DNA from: Alphaproteobacteria bacterium
GTDB lineage: Bacteria > Pseudomonadota > Alphaproteobacteria > UBA828
NCBI GenBank assembly: GCA_963422645.2
Contig: CAXXVO010000007.1
Span: 32,001-96,000 of the forward strand
DNA: 64,000 nucleotides
Direction: 5' to 3'
Shown here piece after piece: positions 60,859-64,000 of the stretch (the first letter of the stretch is position 1; every line of letters starts with the position of its first letter). The notes under the pieces are model-generated. The model searched no databases, had not been told where the DNA came from, and saw only the letters and a program-made list of their open reading frames with translations. Position numbers and translations under genes: made by a program.

Positions 60859-62359
60859 GACCGGCCTCCCTCAGGCTGTCGTAGCGCTGACAGTCGGCTA
60901 CCGGCTTGTGGCGAAGCTGCAGGCCCTCGGGCGTCGGGATGATTGCCGGCGGTGCCGGCTGGCGCTGCCGGGCGAGGATGTTGAGCACCACGTCGGCGCT
61001 GCAGGCACCGCAGTCGAGCGTCTCGGCACAGGCCGCCTCAACCGCCTCCAGTCCGTCCTCCAGCACCGCCGCGAGCACCTTGACGAACTGCCGGTCGCCG
61101 TCGTCGTGGCCCGCGAGCCGGGTTCGCAGGCGGCCGAGCGCGTTGGGCAACTGCCAGTCCTTGAAGGGCGCGCCATTGCGTAGCGCGCCGGGCTTCCGCG
61201 TCAGGATCGGCACGTAATGCCACGGATCGTAGACGAACCGGCCGCGCCCGAAGCTGCGGGGGTGCTCGGCAACGGTCTCGCCGTCCTGGCGGATGACGAT
61301 CCGATCGGCATAGGCCCGCACGTCCACCGGCCGGCCGACGGCGCGGGCCGCGACGCTGTACTGGTTGTTGTCGAAGCGCACCAGACAGGTCTTCGAGACC
61401 GACACCTCGCTGGCATGGAAGCCGTCGAAGGGGCCGCGATACGCCATCAGGAAGGGCTGCTCCTCCTCGAACACCTGCCACACCGTCTTGCCCGGGATTG
61501 TCGGATGCGGATGCTTCTTGGCGTCCTCGATGCACCGATCCATCAGCCACTCGTTGATCTCGGCGTAGGAGCGGCCCCGCGGGATGGGCACGAACAGGCG
61601 GCCGCGAAGGTCACCCACCTGCTTCTCGACCTGCCCCTTCTCCCAGCCAGCCCCTGGCGTGCACGCCACAGGCTCCACCAGATGGTGCGAGCACAGCTCC
61701 TGGAAGCGGCGGTTGTAGTCCCGCTTCTTGCCCACGAAGATCGTGCTCACCGCCGTCTTCATGTTGTCGTAGATGCCCCGCCGGCAGACCCCGCCGAAGA
61801 AGCGGAAGGCACGCTCGTGCGCCTCGAAGACCATCTCCTGGCTCTCGCGGGGAAAGATCTGGACCAGATACATCCGGCTGTGGCACAGCCGCATGTGCGC
61901 CGCCTTCACCCTGGTCGTCGCGCCCGACAGACGCGCGTACTCGTGGCTCCAGTCGAACTGGTAGGCCTCGCCGGGATCGAAGATCAGCGGCACATAGGCC
62001 TGCGCCGGCGACAACAGCCGCCACCGGCGCCGCCAGGCCCTGGCATAGCGGCGAACCGCGTCATAGCCGCCCTTGTAGCCCAGCGACACAAGGTCTTCAT
62101 GAATCCGCAGAAGAGACAGCCGATCCTTGCGTGCCTTCTTCTCGTTGGCCTTCAGCTGGCGCTCAAGCTCCTCCACCCACAGCCCAAGCTTCGGCATCGG
62201 CTGGATCTTGCGCTCGTAGCTGTGCGAGGTCGCATCGCCCCGCACCACCTTGCGTATCGTGTTCTTGGAAACCCTCAAATCCCGGGCGAGCTTCTTGATC
62301 GGAACGCCCTTCACCAGATGATCCCGACGGATCTTCGCGATCGTTTCCACAACCAGCAT
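60845..62359 (-). CDS. istA: IS21 transposase
   Basis: N-terminal [32 protein letters not shown]. Confidence 0.95.
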   Translation of the reverse strand: MLVVETIAKIRRDHLVKGVPIKKLARDLRVSKNTIRKVVRGDATSHSYERKIQPMPKLGLWVEELERQLKANEKKARKDRLSLLRIHEDLVSLGYKGGYDAVRRYARAWRRRWRLLSPAQAYVPLIFDPGEAYQFDWSHEYARLSGATTRVKAAHMRLCHSRMYLVQIFPRESQEMVFEAHERAFRFFGGVCRRGIYDNMKTAVSTIFVGKKRDYNRRFQELCSHHLVEPVACTPGAGWEKGQVEKQVGDLRGRLFVPIPRGRSYAEINEWLMDRCIEDAKKHPHPTIPGKTVWQVFEEEQPFLMAYRGPFDGFHASEVSVSKTCLVRFDNNQYSVAARAVGRPVDVRAYADRIVIRQDGETVAEHPRSFGRGRFVYDPWHYVPILTRKPGALRNGAPFKDWQLPNALGRLRTRLAGHDDGDRQFVKVLAAVLEDGLEAVEAACAETLDCGACSADVVLNILARQRQPAPPAIIPTPEGLQLRHKPVADCQRYDSLREAGHGAS

Positions 62360-62889
62360 CTCCCCCACCACCCCGTCCGTCCAAACGACGAGGTGTGTTC
62401 ATGGACACAAATCCAAGGGGGTCAATTTTGGACGCCGATCACCCCCAATAGGGGGTCACTTTTCCACGCTTAACAACACCCGCTCGCGCGGCCAGCCGCC
62501 GGCCTCCGCCTCATCCAGAATGCGCTCGGCCGTCTCCGCGTCGAGCGCCGCAACCTCGGCATGAGACGAAAAGCTGACACCCGCCCGACGGCGCGCCGGA
62601 TCCTCGAAGCGCCGGGCAACGCCCGCGCAGTGATAGAGCGTCTTGCGCGCAATCCCGATCTCGGCGGCCGCGACCGTCAGATCGCCCCAGCGACGCTCCC
62701 CATGCCGCGACCAGTCGCCCAGATGCCATCCCGAAATATCCCGCCGGCGGGATATTTCCTTGCCAAGAGCCAACCAGTCGTCACGCCCGAGAGCGTCGTC
62801 AAGCGCCAGCCCGGGCGCCGTCGCGCGCCCGGCGGCCGCCGCATCGTCGGCAGGCTTGACGCCCACAACCCGAAGATCGGGCCGCTCGC

Positions 62890-63135
62890 TCACGCCGCCT
62901 CCGCCGGAGCCGGCGCAACCATCCGGTAGAGCCAGATGCGCTGCCCGCTCGCCGGGCTCGCGATCTGGCGGCACACGATATCCGCCCCGCCGGCCCGCAA
63001 CTCCGCGACGCAAGAGTTGACCGCGCATACCCCGGCCCTGGTCGCGATGTCCAGCGTCGAATGCTCCGCACCGTCCGACAGCACGGCATGCACCCGTTGC
63101 AGCCGAGCCGACCGGTCCAGCCGTGCCGCGTGCAT
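62890..63135 (-). CDS. Small phage winged-HTH protein
   Basis: RLQRVHAVLSDG...STLDI...NSCVAELR. Confidence 0.65.
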   Translation of the reverse strand: MHAARLDRSARLQRVHAVLSDGAEHSTLDIATRAGVCAVNSCVAELRAGGADIVCRQIASPASGQRIWLYRMVAPAPAEAA

Positions 63136-63196
63136 CAGGCAGACTCCACCCGCACCGGCACCGACGCGACGAGGCCCGGGAAACGCCGCCGGCGCA

Positions 63197-63601
63197 TCAT
63201 CCCATCCCCCCTTCCAGGCCGTCGCGCTCAACCACGCGACCGTCAATCTTGCGAACCAGGCGGGGGTCGCTCAGCCGGCCGCCCCGCCCGGGCGGGGCGA
63301 GGCCGAGGCGCGCCGCCCGAAGACGCCTGGTCTTCGCGATGTTCGAGAGGTCCGAATAGCGCCGACGGTCGCGTTCGCGCCCGAAGGTCTTGAGGTGGTG
63401 ACAGTGCTTGTGGATCGGGTACGCATTCGGGCCGTCGTCGTCCACCCCCCCGAACCACAAGGGAACCGCATGGTCGATCTCGAAAGGTTGGTCAGGCTCG
63501 ATCGCCTCGTGACACCAGCCGCAGATACCGCCGCCCGCTTCGAAAATGCGAAGACGCCGGGCCGCGCCCATCGAACGGCGCTTCGTCGCAACCACGCCCA
63601 T
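63197..63601 (-). CDS. HNH endonuclease
   Basis: CGWC...EIDHAVPLWFGG...N...HKHCHHLKT. Confidence 0.85.
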   Translation of the reverse strand: MGVVATKRRSMGAARRLRIFEAGGGICGWCHEAIEPDQPFEIDHAVPLWFGGVDDDGPNAYPIHKHCHHLKTFGRERDRRRYSDLSNIAKTRRLRAARLGLAPPGRGGRLSDPRLVRKIDGRVVERDGLEGGMG

Positions 63602-63888
63602 CACGCCGCCTCCTTCCCCGACGCCGCCTCCGCAGAAGGCGAGCCCGGCGACGCCGCAGGGCGCGGAATGTCGGCAGGCCACGGCGTGCCGAAGGGCCAG
63701 TGGTCGCTGAATTGCTGGAAGATGTGGTCCCGGCGCCGGATCGTGAGACCGGCTTCGTCACTCTCGAGACGCCCGAACAGACTGCCCTGGCCGGCGATCC
63801 GCAAGCTGACGGTGCTCAGCGCGTGGCTCTTGGCAGCGGCGTAGGCACGTGCGAGGCGGAGGATCTGGGCGACATCATTGGTTTCCAT
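63601..63888 (-). CDS. Cro/Ner-like early phage regulator
   Basis: LARAY...LSTVS...G...FGRL...FSDHWP...WPADIPRP; first gene after the operators. Confidence 0.65.
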   Translation of the reverse strand: METNDVAQILRLARAYAAAKSHALSTVSLRIAGQGSLFGRLESDEAGLTIRRRDHIFQQFSDHWPFGTPWPADIPRPAASPGSPSAEAASGKEAA

Positions 63889-63968
63889 ACCAATCACCGT
63901 ATTGGCACAGGAACCAACTGTCAACAGAAGATTTGCGCTTTCATCAAGATGTTGGTATTTGTGCCAAT
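63877..63968. promoter_or_regulatory. Phage switch region: three 18-bp operators and a leftward promoter
   Basis: RTTGG-N8-CCAAY at 63877, 63901 and 63951; TTGACA (63924-63919)-N17-TACGGT on the - strand. Confidence 0.7.
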
Positions 63969-64000
63969 ATGCCTGACACAGATGATCTTCTTAGTTTGAT

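Larger units (their letters stand above)
59928..62475 (-). mobile_element. IS21-family element
   Basis: TG...CA ends with repeated AAAATTGACCCC motifs; CACCCGCT duplicated at 59920-59927 and 62477-62484. Confidence 0.93.
59368..62893 (-). pseudogene. LmbU-like phage protein split by IS21
   Basis: WHLGDW...SFSSHAEVA...GWPRERV | REAVREAR... rejoin in frame. Confidence 0.7.
53091..64000 (-). mobile_element. Defective, reduced Mu-like (transposable) prophage; continues beyond the window
   Basis: TG terminus with repeats; MuF, DUF935 portal, gp28-like terminase, MuA/MuB-like fragments and early regulators, all on the - strand. Confidence 0.82.

Overview
High-GC alphaproteobacterial chromosome segment that probably spans the replication origin. 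The core block is dnaQ-coaE-aroE-maf-DUF299 | oriC | hemE-hemH-hemJ-dcd-rho, followed by an oppositely oriented mnmE-mnmG-rsmG-parA-parB block with a perfect parS. The window carries many mobile elements: three near-identical 1888-bp single-ORF IS66 copies, a second IS66 carrying an N6-adenine methyltransferase nested in one of them, an IS1595, an IS21 and a heavily deleted Mu-like prophage at the right end. The most unusual items are: (1) a tRNA gene with promoter-like and terminator signals, Leu-type identity elements and a Ser AGA anticodon, lying with a small RHH gene between two copies of the tupA 3' end; (2) the IS66 with a translationally coupled, compact Dam-like methyltransferase; (3) a structured 268-nt non-coding tail conserved in the 1888-bp IS66; (4) a GANTC-rich, 10-bp-phased Mu end in an element that encodes a GcrA-like protein. 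All calls come from reading motifs by eye; no searches or folding programs were run.
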